This document shows positions 14,459 to 23,936 of a stretch of DNA of 34,276 nt, piece after piece (the stretch's first letter is position 1; each line of letters begins with the position of its first letter). The notes below the pieces were generated by a model. That model saw only the letters and a program-made list of their open reading frames with translations, was not told the origin of the DNA and ran no database searches. A program made the position numbers and the translations under genes. This stretch comes from a virus (taxonomy: Duplodnaviria > Caudoviricetes). Location of the stretch: positions 1 through 34,276 of the IMG/VR virus record IMGVR_UViG_3300037440_000173; one strand, written 5' to 3'.

Positions 14459-14674
14459 TCAGAGTCGCTCGTCGGTGTGCACGGTCTGCTCGGCCGCCGA
14501 CCCAGCAGGCGGCCGGGCACCCCCCGGACACGGCTCGCCGCCCACGCGGTGCCGCTTCACGTAGCCGGTGGCGAACGCCAGCATCAGCTCCTGCCCGCAC
14601 GCCGTGCATACCCCCCGCTCAGGTGCCGCGCCGCGGATGGTGCGAAGCGCCCTACGCCGCACGACGGCCATCAC
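14459..14674 (-). CDS. small putative Zn-ribbon protein
   Basis: CTACG...RH....PC; overlaps the endolysin stop. Confidence 0.5.
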   Translation of the reverse strand: MMAVVRRRALRTIRGAAPERGVCTACGQELMLAFATGYVKRHRVGGEPCPGGARPPAGSAAEQTVHTDERL

Positions 14675-15708
14675 GCAGGGGCGTCGGATACCAGCGCCAC
14701 ACCGATCCGTGACACCACCCGCTCGGCGATCGCATCCTCATCCACGCCGTCCACATCTTGGAGTTCGGCGCGGATGTCCTCACGCACCTCGGGCAGCAGC
14801 AGAGCCGCCACATCCCGGGCCAGTGCCGCGCCGTCCACGGGTTGCCCGCCTTGCGCGGCGCGGATGGCTGCCAGCTCGGGCAGCACTTTGTACTTGATCG
14901 CGTTCACCGCGTTGCCGGAGTTCACCGAGCCGCGCCGTATCGCCGTGTCACGCGACTGGAACTTCCCGTCGATGTACGGGGTGGCGTCGCCACCCTCGGC
15001 CAGCACGTCACGGACGACCTGCTTGAGCTCACCGAGTGTTGCCATGTCGAACCAGTCCTTCGGTAGTGGTGACGCGTCGGCGTAACGCTTCTCTTCGGCG
15101 GCGCCCTCGCTCTTGTTGTAACGCAGCCGGTCGATCTTCCGCAGCGGCGCCCACGTCGAATGCTCCGCATGCGCGGAGAAAGAGATGTTGAAGTGATCGT
15201 GGATCGCCGCGCCGGCCCGGCCCATGAACTCCCGCATCGTCATCCGACGACCATTGCGCGGGTTCTTGAGCAGCCGGTCCCAGTCGGCTTCGACAACGCC
15301 GCCCTCGTACTCGGTGCCCCAGGCGTAGCGGCGGGCCGAGTCCTTCGGGATGGTGTACGTGCCGCCGCCCACACGGGGCACCGTCATCGGGCCGCCCGCG
15401 CCGGGATGGTTCGCGTAGGAGAAGCACAGGATGCGGTAACACAAGTCCCAGCCGCCGTATCCGTTGGCCAACGGCCCCGGCACCGACGTGCGGCCTTGCT
15501 TAACCAGCCACAGCAGCGGCGTCAGGTTCGAGGAGTTGTAGTTGGACACGATGTGATGGGACATGTCGATGACGACGAACAGCCCGTCCCACGAGTCGTA
15601 CGGGTTTGGCCGGCCGGTCTGCAACTCGATCGACACCTCGGGCACGCCGTAGTCCAGCATGACCGCCTTCAGTGCCTTGGCCTTGGTGAGCGCGCTGGAC
15701 TGGCTCAC
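14671..15708 (-). CDS. endolysin, N-acetylmuramoyl-L-alanine amidase-like
   Basis: SHHIVS, PGPLAN, ANHPGAG, GTEYE and HAEHS..RKID Zn-amidase motifs. Confidence 0.85.
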   Translation of the reverse strand: MSQSSALTKAKALKAVMLDYGVPEVSIELQTGRPNPYDSWDGLFVVIDMSHHIVSNYNSSNLTPLLWLVKQGRTSVPGPLANGYGGWDLCYRILCFSYANHPGAGGPMTVPRVGGGTYTIPKDSARRYAWGTEYEGGVVEADWDRLLKNPRNGRRMTMREFMGRAGAAIHDHFNISFSAHAEHSTWAPLRKIDRLRYNKSEGAAEEKRYADASPLPKDWFDMATLGELKQVVRDVLAEGGDATPYIDGKFQSRDTAIRRGSVNSGNAVNAIKYKVLPELAAIRAAQGGQPVDGAALARDVAALLLPEVREDIRAELQDVDGVDEDAIAERVVSRIGVALVSDAPA

Positions 15709-15872
15709 AGCCCGGTGTCCTCGTCGTCGGAGGTGTCGATGACCTCGCCGAGTCGCTTACCGGCCTCGATCTCGGCCTCAGTGGGCTGGGCGAGCACGTC
15801 GTCTTCGGAGTCCACCCACTCACCGGAGCGAGGCGGCTCGTCAGGTTCCAGTACGATGTTCTCTTCAGGCAT
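15705..15872 (-). CDS. 55-aa acidic protein upstream of the endolysin
   Basis: Read by hand: MPEENIVLEPDEPP...DDEDTGL. AAGGGGG RBS; GTGA overlap with the lysin start. Confidence 0.65.
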   Translation of the reverse strand: MPEENIVLEPDEPPRSGEWVDSEDDVLAQPTEAEIEAGKRLGEVIDTSDDEDTGL

Positions 15873-15916
15873 GGCTTCCCCCTTGACGTGATGCAGGTAG
15901 CAGGTATGGTGCGGAC

Positions 15917-16012
15917 ATGCCGACAGGCCCCAGCACCGAGAACACGGACCTGGACGAGCTGCCCAATCTCGAGGAGCTAGACGCCACCCACGACAACGAG
16001 GACGACTCCTAG
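15917..16012 (+). CDS. 31-aa acidic peptide, opposite to the late operon, probably leaderless
   Basis: TTGACG-N16-TATGGT at 15883-15910, ATG 6 nt later; MPTGPSTENTDLDELPNLEELDATHDNEDDS. Confidence 0.5.
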   Translation: MPTGPSTENTDLDELPNLEELDATHDNEDDS

Positions 16013-17652
16013 CGGCGACGGCGCAGCTTCATCGACTTCTGCAAAGTGGCCAGCTCACGCTCCACCGTGATCGGGTGCGAGTCCAGCTCCAACGTCGCCG
16101 ACGCCGACGCGGTGTCATAGTCCACTCCGACGATCTTGAACACGGTGACGCCGTCCCGCGTCGTGACGTTCAGACTGTTCGGGTTCGGCTGCACACCCCG
16201 GACCCGAATCAGGTGACCGGGCCGGATCTCCCACGGCATGATCCGCATACCGCGGTCGTGGTCGTAGATGGGGCGGGCCACCGTCAGCGTGCCGGCGTTC
16301 GGCGGGGTCAAATGCTCAGCCAGGAACTGGTCCCCCACCTGGTTGGCGTTCAACTGGTTACCCGTCGCATCGCCAAGGTCGACCCGGGCTTGCCGGACTA
16401 TCCCCGCGGCGGCCAACTGCGGGACCGTCTGCGTGCGAGTCGTCACCCGAGGGCGGCCCCGCTGGTCGACCCACCGGACCGACACGCGGTCATACAGGCC
16501 GTCCGCCGAGCCGGGCGAATCGAACCCGTCCACGACATCAGCCTCATACCGCACCGTGCTCGGCCATTGCCGCCACTCGAACCGGTACAGGCCGCTGCTG
16601 CCGGTCTCCCACGCCGCCCAGTAGTAGGCGGGCTCCAGGGCGATCAGGTCGTCCAGGATCTCCGCCGGGGTGGCGCCATCCGGGTAGGCCAACTGGTAGA
16701 TCGCCAGGGTGGTCGTGTCGATGCTGGACCGGTCCGGGTCGTACTTGTTCAACACCCGGCCAATCAGGTCGGCGACCACCTCGTGCGCCAGCACGTGGTT
16801 CACCACATAGCTGCCCGAGGTGGTGATGTCGGTGCCGTTGATGTCCTTGAGCACCGAGCGGACCGAGATGTCGTAGAACTCGCCCCACACGCTCGCGGTG
16901 GCGGGTGCGCTCGCCCCGGTGCGCACGATCCGCACCCACACCACGTCGTTACCGTTCGGGATGTTGTTGCCGCCGTTGATGACCCCCAGCAGCGTGGCCT
17001 CCGTCGTGCTGAACGTCGGGGTGACAGCGTTGGTGCGCGAACCCGCTCCGACTGCGGTGGTCAGCCGGTTCTCCAGGTTCGTGGTGGTGGTGCCGTTCAC
17101 CACGTTCACCCGAACCCGGGCCAGTTTCATCCCGACGTCGCGGATGCCGCGGTAGCGGGCTTCACCCATCCAGCCGGTGAACGTGGTCGTGCCCTCCGGG
17201 GCGACGATCAGCACGGCCGGGTTGTTGTCCTCGTCGGCGTCGCGTTCCCGGATCGACACTTCCGCGCCGCGATCCGAGTACGATGCTCGGTCCCACTTGT
17301 CGGTGGATGTGTCCACGTAGATCAGCGGCACGGTGCGGTCCCGGGTGTGCGCCGACGGACCCACCGCCGCCAGATCCCACACCTGGCCGTCCGGACCCAC
17401 ACCCCGGCCCGGGTCCTCCAGCCGGCCGCACCACACGCACTCACGGTTACGCATGTCGTACACGTCGACGTCGGTGTAGTAGGCGAGTTCGTCCGGCGAC
17501 AAGGCCAGCGGCCGGTCAAGGGAGAACTGCGCGGAGGCGAACCCGCCCGGGACCACGGAACGGAAGGACAGCGAGCGCAGGTCACGTTCGATGTGCTTGG
17601 TGGCCCGGCTGTTCGACAACTGCACCGACAGCGGGATGGGCAAGGTCATCAC
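16009..17652 (-). CDS. minor tail protein (baseplate hub-like)
   Basis: Second gene after the tape measure; GTG at 17652 overlaps the upstream stop. Confidence 0.75.
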   Translation of the reverse strand: MMTLPIPLSVQLSNSRATKHIERDLRSLSFRSVVPGGFASAQFSLDRPLALSPDELAYYTDVDVYDMRNRECVWCGRLEDPGRGVGPDGQVWDLAAVGPSAHTRDRTVPLIYVDTSTDKWDRASYSDRGAEVSIRERDADEDNNPAVLIVAPEGTTTFTGWMGEARYRGIRDVGMKLARVRVNVVNGTTTTNLENRLTTAVGAGSRTNAVTPTFSTTEATLLGVINGGNNIPNGNDVVWVRIVRTGASAPATASVWGEFYDISVRSVLKDINGTDITTSGSYVVNHVLAHEVVADLIGRVLNKYDPDRSSIDTTTLAIYQLAYPDGATPAEILDDLIALEPAYYWAAWETGSSGLYRFEWRQWPSTVRYEADVVDGFDSPGSADGLYDRVSVRWVDQRGRPRVTTRTQTVPQLAAAGIVRQARVDLGDATGNQLNANQVGDQFLAEHLTPPNAGTLTVARPIYDHDRGMRIMPWEIRPGHLIRVRGVQPNPNSLNVTTRDGVTVFKIVGVDYDTASASATLELDSHPITVERELATLQKSMKLRRRR

Positions 17653-19040
17653 GTGCTCGCGGGACGAACGGTCAGGTAGCGCGGCATGTAGGACACCGAC
17701 ACCGCGTACGTCGTCAGCGTCCACGACTGGTCGGCGCTCATCACGCGAAGCATGTAGATCCGGTTCGTCTGATTCGGCGACAGCATCGGGAACCCACCCA
17801 CGATCGGTGGCGCCTTCGCGCTCAACACCTGGTTCGACCCGTCCCTGGCGTGAGCGGAATTGTCGCGGGCATCCAGGACGTAATCGGCGGCGGCCCGCGT
17901 CCAGTTGACGATGGCGAGCCGGTCGTCCGCAGGCACCAGAAGCATCACATCGAAATCGATCGTGCCCGAACCCGAGGTCCGCTCAGCCCGCAACTGGATG
18001 TCGAACGCGTTCGATACCGCCAACTCGACACCGCCGGCATCCGACACCGGGTCGAAACCGGTAGGAATCGTTATCAGGCCGAGATCCGCCGTGACGATCA
18101 GCCCCGTGCCGGCAGTCGAATATACGTCGTTCTCGATCAGCAGAGTGTCCGAAATGGACGCATCTCCCCACCGCAACTGCAGATTGATCGCATCGCCCGC
18201 TGTGTTCTTCCGATAACGCAGCAGCACCCGATATGTGCCGCGCAGATCGACGCCCGACGAGCCGACGGTCGTCACAGACAGCCGCGTTTGCATCGTCGCC
18301 GTGGCGAACGTGCACCGCGAGTAGTTGTTGCCCGCGCCGGAGAAGTTCGCGTCATTGGCCTGCGTCGTGGTGTCCGTGCCCTGCGTCATCGCCTCGGCCT
18401 GCAACGGGAACGGCGCGTTCGCCGGGGTGCCGCGGCGACGGGAGGCGATCATGGTGTGGCGCCCCAGGTTCACCGCGCTGGACGGCCACAGGATGATCGC
18501 CGGGGACTCCACATCACCTTTCACCCCAGTCACATCCACGAAACAGCCGTTGGACACCGCCGCCGGGTCCGTGGACACCGTCACACCCGACACCGGGGTC
18601 TCCAACAGGCCGTAGGCGAACGGCTCGGCGCGCAAGGCCACCAGGACCCGCTTGCGCTTACCGTCGCGGCCGACGTGCCGCACCTGCGACGCCGCCGTGC
18701 GGAACGTGCGGAAGAACACCGGGTTCGTGGTGTGCTCATGCCAGCGCAAAATGTTGCCACCCGGACGATCCAACTCGCGGTGCAGCTTCTGTAACTCCGT
18801 CGCTGCTTCGTCGGCCGACTCGTCGGTCAACAACAATCCGAGCGTTATGCGGCGGAAGTCATAGGCCGACGACCCCACCACGCCACCATCGGCGAGCAGC
18901 GTCTGCGCCACCGCGTCGCGCAGCGGTGGCGGGGAGAAGTCCGTCTCGTCGGCACTGAGTTGCCACGGGTCGGCGGACAGGTTCAGTCGTACAGTGGGCG
19001 ACGACGTGATCGAGGCGACGAAGTCCAGCGAACAGGTCAT
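17649..19040 (-). CDS. minor tail protein (distal tail-like)
   Basis: First gene after the tape measure; RRITLGLLL...AEPFAYG. Confidence 0.75.
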   Translation of the reverse strand: MTCSLDFVASITSSPTVRLNLSADPWQLSADETDFSPPPLRDAVAQTLLADGGVVGSSAYDFRRITLGLLLTDESADEAATELQKLHRELDRPGGNILRWHEHTTNPVFFRTFRTAASQVRHVGRDGKRKRVLVALRAEPFAYGLLETPVSGVTVSTDPAAVSNGCFVDVTGVKGDVESPAIILWPSSAVNLGRHTMIASRRRGTPANAPFPLQAEAMTQGTDTTTQANDANFSGAGNNYSRCTFATATMQTRLSVTTVGSSGVDLRGTYRVLLRYRKNTAGDAINLQLRWGDASISDTLLIENDVYSTAGTGLIVTADLGLITIPTGFDPVSDAGGVELAVSNAFDIQLRAERTSGSGTIDFDVMLLVPADDRLAIVNWTRAAADYVLDARDNSAHARDGSNQVLSAKAPPIVGGFPMLSPNQTNRIYMLRVMSADQSWTLTTYAVSVSYMPRYLTVRPAST

Positions 19041-21865
19041 CCGGCCCTCGCATACAGATCGGAGTCCCGGGCGATCAGCCGGCCGCGGCCCCGGTCGTCG
19101 ATGACGAGCGTGGCGCCATTGATCTGGTCACCAACCTCGCGGCCGATGAGCCGAGAGAGTTGGCCGTAATCAATCTGCTCTTGGCGTGATGTGGGCCGCT
19201 GAGTGGGCATTACCGGCCACCGGGTCAATAGATGCGACAGTTGAGTGAACATCGCGTTCTGCGAGCGGGACAGCACCCGCTCGCCGGTTTGCAGGATGGC
19301 CGGCACCTCGTCGCCGCGCAGCGAAAGGTTCGCCCCGCTGTGGAAGCGGGGGATGATGCCGCCGTGGGTCACCAGACCGCCGCTGTGGCCGAACTCCAGG
19401 TTCCCGTACGTCTTGACGTTCACATGCACCGTCGATGTGCGATCCCGCGCCAAATTGTTCAGCACGTCCTCGGTGCGCCCGACGCCCCACGCCTGTACCG
19501 ACATGCGGGCACGGCGCTCAGCCGCGATCCGGTCCAGCTCGGCCTTCGCAGCTCGCTCGGCGGCCCTGTCCCGCTCCAGCTTCAACGCCGCGGCGTAGTC
19601 GCCCTCATAGTCCTCGGCGGCCTCGCGGGCGTCGTCGGTCGATGCGCGGATCGCCTCAGCCTGGCCCTCGGTCAGCACGCCCTGCTGCACCCAGCGATCC
19701 AGGGTGGCGTCGAAGTCGGCCCACGACAGATCCCCGTCGCTGACCGCCTGCTCCATATCGGCGATCGCCTCGGCCAGATCGACCGCGGCTGCGCGGGCCT
19801 CCTCGGAGCTCGACCCGTTCTCCTTCACCGCTTCGTTGTAAGCGTCCTGCGCCGAAGTTACGTTGCCCAGCGCGTTAATGACCGCGAATACCGGGTCGGT
19901 GGCGGCCCGCAACTCGTCCAGGTACTCCTTGAGTGCGGTCGCGGCCGCCTCGGCCTGCTCAGCCTGCGCGGACAGCGCGGTGCCGAGCTCGTCGCTGGTG
20001 CCGGCCGCCAACTCCTGGTCAACGGCCGCCTGCGCCAGTGCGTCCTGATACCCGGGCAGAACCGCCAGCAACTGTCCGATCTCGTCGCGCTCGAGGCCGA
20101 AACCGTCGGCCAGACTGCGCACGATCTCGTCGGCGCGTTCGGCGTTACCACCCGATACGAGCCCGGCCAGTGCCGTGTCGATGGCCTCGAATTGGCTGGC
20201 CAGCTCCCCGGTGTTGTTGACCATGTCGTCTAAGTCGGTGCCGGCGAAAGAGTCCTTGTACTCCACCCACGCCGACTTGGCCTCCTGCAGCCGTTCCCGC
20301 TGGTGGCGGATCTCTTCGACGCTGGCCTGCAGCTTGACGATCAGGTCACTCTCAACACCGTCGGCGAGGGCGAGCAGCGCCTTCGTGGTCTCCCCGATCC
20401 CGGCTGGCGCCTCACGCGCCGCCTGCTGGATGGCCTGGATGGCCGTGGCCACCGCGAGCAGTCCGGCTACGATGCCGCCGGCTTTGGCCAGCCCGGTCAG
20501 CGCGGTGTGCACCTTGGGCGCGGTCACCGACAGCAACTGCATCTCAGCTCGTGCTGCGGCCAGCCGTGGCGCCAGCAGCAGCAACCCGCCGCCGAGCAAA
20601 GCCACCGACCCGACGAGCCCGGCAAGAATCACGGCCAGCGTCTTGGCCGGCCCAGGCAGATCGCCGAACCAGCGGGCAATGTCCGCTGCGCCTTCGGCGA
20701 GCCCGGTGATAGCCGGTAACAACACGCCGCCGACATCAATGGCCAGGTCGACCAGCGTGTTACGAGCTATGGCGATCTTCGCCTCGGCGGTGTCGTACCG
20801 CTTCGCGGCCTCCTCCACGAGTGCCGTGTTCTCCGACCACGCCCGCGCACCGTCGGACAGAGACTGGCCCAGCAGGTCCCCGGCGCCGGCTAGGCGCAGC
20901 AGCGCGTCCCGGGTGCGGATGCTGCCCAGCCCGAGGTCGTCGAGGACGGCGAATACGTCGCCACCCGCCACGTTGATCCGCCCGAGCCCGGCAACGAACG
21001 ACTGGATGGCCCGCGCCGGGTCACGCTCAAACGCCTGCGTGAACGCCTGCGCGGACATGCCCGCCACCTCGGCGAATCCAGCTACCGCGTCGCCGCCTTC
21101 AGCCGCCGCGCTAGCCATCTGGATCATGGCGGTGGAAATGGCGGTGCCGCCGGCCTGAGCTTCGATACCAACCGATGCGAGCGCGTTGGCCAGCGCGAGC
21201 ACGTCGGCCTCAGACATTCCTACGATGGCACCAGCACCGGCGATCCGCTGCGCCATCTGGATGATGTCCCGCTCGGTCGACGCGCCGTTGTTGCCGAGCT
21301 CGACCAGCGCCGCCCCGAGCCGACCCACATCCTGTGGGGCGGTCTGCATCACGTTCATCAACTGCGCGATCGAGGTGGCGGCCTCGTCGGCGGTCAGGTT
21401 CGTCGTCTCACCCAGATTGACCATGGTCTCGGTGAATCTGACAATGTCCGGGGTGGCGATACCCAACTGGCCCGCAGCTTCTGCCACCGCGGCGATCTCG
21501 CCATGCGTAGCCGGCAGAGTGGTCGCCAAGTCACGCAGCCCGGCCTCAACGGCCGCCAGTTCCTCCGGCGTGCCCTCGACGGTCTTGCGGACACCGGCCC
21601 ACGCGGACTCCCAGTCGATGGCGGCCTTGGCGGCCAGCCCGAGCCCGGCGACTACTGCAGCGCCGAACACGACCATGCCGCGGCCGACATTTTGCAAGGC
21701 AGCGGCGGTGCGCTGATTCAGTTCGGCGGCGAACCGGTCAGCCTCCCGGTTGCCCCGGGCAATCTCGCGGCTCAGCCGCTCCATCGAGTTCTGCGCCCGC
21801 CGCACCTCACGCTCGAGCTTCGCGGCGTCAGCGTCAATCGTCACCCGAAGGTCAGTTCCCGCCAC
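19037..21865 (-). CDS. tape measure protein
   Basis: 942 aa, Ala-rich and helical; AIDWESAWAGVRKTV and AEAAGQLG; follows the tail chaperones. Confidence 0.93.
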   Translation of the reverse strand: MAGTDLRVTIDADAAKLEREVRRAQNSMERLSREIARGNREADRFAAELNQRTAAALQNVGRGMVVFGAAVVAGLGLAAKAAIDWESAWAGVRKTVEGTPEELAAVEAGLRDLATTLPATHGEIAAVAEAAGQLGIATPDIVRFTETMVNLGETTNLTADEAATSIAQLMNVMQTAPQDVGRLGAALVELGNNGASTERDIIQMAQRIAGAGAIVGMSEADVLALANALASVGIEAQAGGTAISTAMIQMASAAAEGGDAVAGFAEVAGMSAQAFTQAFERDPARAIQSFVAGLGRINVAGGDVFAVLDDLGLGSIRTRDALLRLAGAGDLLGQSLSDGARAWSENTALVEEAAKRYDTAEAKIAIARNTLVDLAIDVGGVLLPAITGLAEGAADIARWFGDLPGPAKTLAVILAGLVGSVALLGGGLLLLAPRLAAARAEMQLLSVTAPKVHTALTGLAKAGGIVAGLLAVATAIQAIQQAAREAPAGIGETTKALLALADGVESDLIVKLQASVEEIRHQRERLQEAKSAWVEYKDSFAGTDLDDMVNNTGELASQFEAIDTALAGLVSGGNAERADEIVRSLADGFGLERDEIGQLLAVLPGYQDALAQAAVDQELAAGTSDELGTALSAQAEQAEAAATALKEYLDELRAATDPVFAVINALGNVTSAQDAYNEAVKENGSSSEEARAAAVDLAEAIADMEQAVSDGDLSWADFDATLDRWVQQGVLTEGQAEAIRASTDDAREAAEDYEGDYAAALKLERDRAAERAAKAELDRIAAERRARMSVQAWGVGRTEDVLNNLARDRTSTVHVNVKTYGNLEFGHSGGLVTHGGIIPRFHSGANLSLRGDEVPAILQTGERVLSRSQNAMFTQLSHLLTRWPVMPTQRPTSRQEQIDYGQLSRLIGREVGDQINGATLVIDDRGRGRLIARDSDLYARAG

Positions 21866-22184
21866 CCTGACCTCCTGTCGGTACGAGCCGGATCTGAATG
21901 CCCGGCTGATCCTTGGCGACCTGCTCCAACGCCTTCGACTCCAACCCGATCGCGTTACAACCGGGGCAAGTGCGGGCCTTCGCCTCGTAGGCGTTCAGGT
22001 CCTGTTCCCACTCCCACTCGGCCGTGCCGCAGCGGGAGCAGCGCAACGACTCCTCGTACTGCCACGACAACGCCGCCGCCTGGTCATCCACCGGCCACTG
22101 CAGGAACTTCGACAACGGGATGCCACGCGGCCCGCAGTACGCCATCCGGGCGCGCATCAGCGGGTCGTGGCGAACCCTTTTCCC
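21852..22184 (-). CDS. tail assembly chaperone, -1 frameshift extension
   Basis: Open -1 frame after GGGAAAA: KRVRHDPLMRARMAYCGPRGIP...CSRCG...CPGC. Confidence 0.8.
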   Translation of the reverse strand, partial: GKRVRHDPLMRARMAYCGPRGIPLSKFLQWPVDDQAAALSWQYEESLRCSRCGTAEWEWEQDLNAYEAKARTCPGCNAIGLESKALEQVAKDQPGIQIRLVPTGGQGGGN

Positions 22185-22711
22185 ACGCCCGGCGCCGGTT
22201 CCTGATCCGTCGCCGACACGATCGCCCGATACAGCGCCAGCTTCTCCCCGGCAGTCCACCGGTCAGATGCAAGTTCGGCGACCCACTCTTCTTCGGTCAG
22301 GTCGGAGTCGAGCGCGCACACTGCCAGCGCGGCGGGGGTGAACCCGGCGCGGTTGATCTGCGATCGTTCCTCTTTCGGCACCTCGTCGGCCTCGTCCTTG
22401 GCCTTCTGCTCGTCGGTGACCGGGTGCGCCGAGATCAGCGCGTCCCGCTCATCCTCGGTCAGCCCCCGGAACCGGATGGTGAGCGAGTTCTCCGGCTTGG
22501 CGTACTCCCGCTCAGCCTTGGTCAGCCGCTGCTGCGCCCGTTTGATGACATCAGCGTTCGGCGTCTTGCTGTTGATGAGCCGCGCGTACTCCAGCCCAGT
22601 GTGGGCGGCCTCCAACTCGGCTTTAGCGCGCTCACCCGCCTCGCCCAGCGGGAACGTCAGGGAGGTCGAGTGAGCGCGCTTATGGGCGAGCTGCTCGCGG
22701 AGACTGGTCAC
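22157..22711 (-). CDS. tail assembly chaperone
   Basis: Position before the tape measure; slippery G GGA AAA near the 3' end. Confidence 0.85.
   Translation of the reverse strand: MTSLREQLAHKRAHSTSLTFPLGEAGERAKAELEAAHTGLEYARLINSKTPNADVIKRAQQRLTKAEREYAKPENSLTIRFRGLTEDERDALISAHPVTDEQKAKDEADEVPKEERSQINRAGFTPAALAVCALDSDLTEEEWVAELASDRWTAGEKLALYRAIVSATDQEPAPGVGKGFATTR
22178..22184 (-). other. programmed -1 ribosomal frameshift site GGGAAAA
   Basis: X XXY YYZ heptamer in the correct phase (GTG GGA AAA GGG). Confidence 0.85.
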
Positions 22712-22986
22712 TTCACGTCCCCGTTCGCCGATGGAGCCCCGTCGACGTCGGAGATATCATCGACACGGATCCACACGGTATGCGTTGCGGGGTACTTCAC
22801 CCCTGCCGAGTCAGTCACTACGTACCGCCGGCCCTCTGCGTTAAGAGCGAATACCGCGGCGTGTAAACCTTCCCGCGCCCACGTCATGGAAATGACCTCG
22901 GCCGGGTCGATGCCTAAGCCCCGAATCATGTCTAGGTACGTTTCACGGGGGATGGATTCGGGGATCTGCAGCGCAACTGGTCGCAC
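22708..22986 (-). CDS. hypothetical protein between major tail and chaperone
   Basis: AGGAGG RBS before GTG 22986; the stop overlaps the chaperone start. Confidence 0.7.
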   Translation of the reverse strand: MRPVALQIPESIPRETYLDMIRGLGIDPAEVISMTWAREGLHAAVFALNAEGRRYVVTDSAGVKYPATHTVWIRVDDISDVDGAPSANGDVK

Positions 22987-22989
22987 GGG

Positions 22990-23061
22990 ATTCCTCCTGC
23001 GGATATACGGATGGTTGAACCTCCGGCCGGCCAACCATCCGCAAGGAATGCCGGCCGGAGG
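22990..23061 (-). promoter_or_regulatory. hairpin after the major tail gene with a loop complementary to the downstream leader/RBS
   Basis: Stem cctccggccggc/gccggccggagg; loop ATTCCTTGCGGATGGTTG can pair with CAACCATCCG or with ATCCGCAGGAGGAAT. Confidence 0.55.
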
Positions 23062-23075
23062 GGTCAAGAGGCGGA

Positions 23076-23609
23076 TCAGGTCGTCGCCGCGGGCAACGTC
23101 ACCTTGCGGCGGGCCAGGATGCCGAACGACACCACACCCATCGCGTGACCGGCCATCGCCGGCGATGGCGTCACGAACGACACTTCCGCCTTCCACGCCC
23201 ACGCTGTCTTGCCCGCGGCGGTGCCGGTGTCGAACCGGCCGTACGGCGAGTGGTACACGTAGCCGCGGTCACCCTCGTCGAAGAACGCGAGAGCGTCCCC
23301 GGCATCGGTGGCCAGGTAGAACGAGATGGACGAGTCGTCCAGCGACACACCGTCGGCGACCTTGCCGTCCACGTCCGAGCACAGGTCCTGCGCCTCGGCG
23401 TACCGGGGCGAACCGGTGAACCCGGTGAACGCCTGCACGGCGCACGTCAGGTCCCGGCTGTTCGTGGTGCTGTTGATCTCGACCTCAGTGGGGACGAAGT
23501 TGGTGGTGTCGGTCAGTCCGCCGTCGGCGATCCACAGCCAGCCGGTGTTCTTCTTGACACCGAACCGGTCAGCGTCAATCCCGCCCAGGGCTGTCGGGGA
23601 GTAAGGCAT
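23076..23609 (-). CDS. major tail protein
   Basis: PTEVEIN...DLTCAV..FTG....DLCS pattern; AAGGAG RBS before ATG 23609; synteny. Confidence 0.8.
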   Translation of the reverse strand: MPYSPTALGGIDADRFGVKKNTGWLWIADGGLTDTTNFVPTEVEINSTTNSRDLTCAVQAFTGFTGSPRYAEAQDLCSDVDGKVADGVSLDDSSISFYLATDAGDALAFFDEGDRGYVYHSPYGRFDTGTAAGKTAWAWKAEVSFVTPSPAMAGHAMGVVSFGILARRKVTLPAATT

Positions 23610-23856
23610 CCGTGTCTCCTTGTTCACTGCCCGGCGAGTCTGCCGAGCTGGTTGCGGACAGGGGCGCGGATGGTTCTTTGTCCGACTGGGCGGACGTCTT
23701 CTTCTTGCGGCGGCGGGCAGGCTTGTCCTCGACCCGTCGCCATCCGCCGGCCATGGCCGACGTGAGCTGCGAGCGAGTCACCCTCTTACGGCCGAACCGC
23801 GGGTGCTCCACCAGAACTCGGCCATTTGAGGGCAATCTGCGGGGCTCGCTGGGCAT
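23575..23856 (-). CDS. small basic hypothetical protein
   Basis: AGGAGG RBS before ATG 23856. Confidence 0.6.
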   Translation of the reverse strand: MPSEPRRLPSNGRVLVEHPRFGRKRVTRSQLTSAMAGGWRRVEDKPARRRKKKTSAQSDKEPSAPLSATSSADSPGSEQGDTDALLPDSPGRD

Positions 23857-23936
23857 CGCACCTCCTCGATGGGCCTTTCGGCCCTTGTCAGTTGGGCGAA
23901 TCCGGCGCATAGTGGAGGCAGAGATAAGGGGGACGG

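Noticed and set aside
23020-23061. Hairpin with CCA after the stem as another guide unit
   Set aside because: It is on the opposite strand, has an 18-nt loop, and lacks the 32-nt double-spacer geometry.
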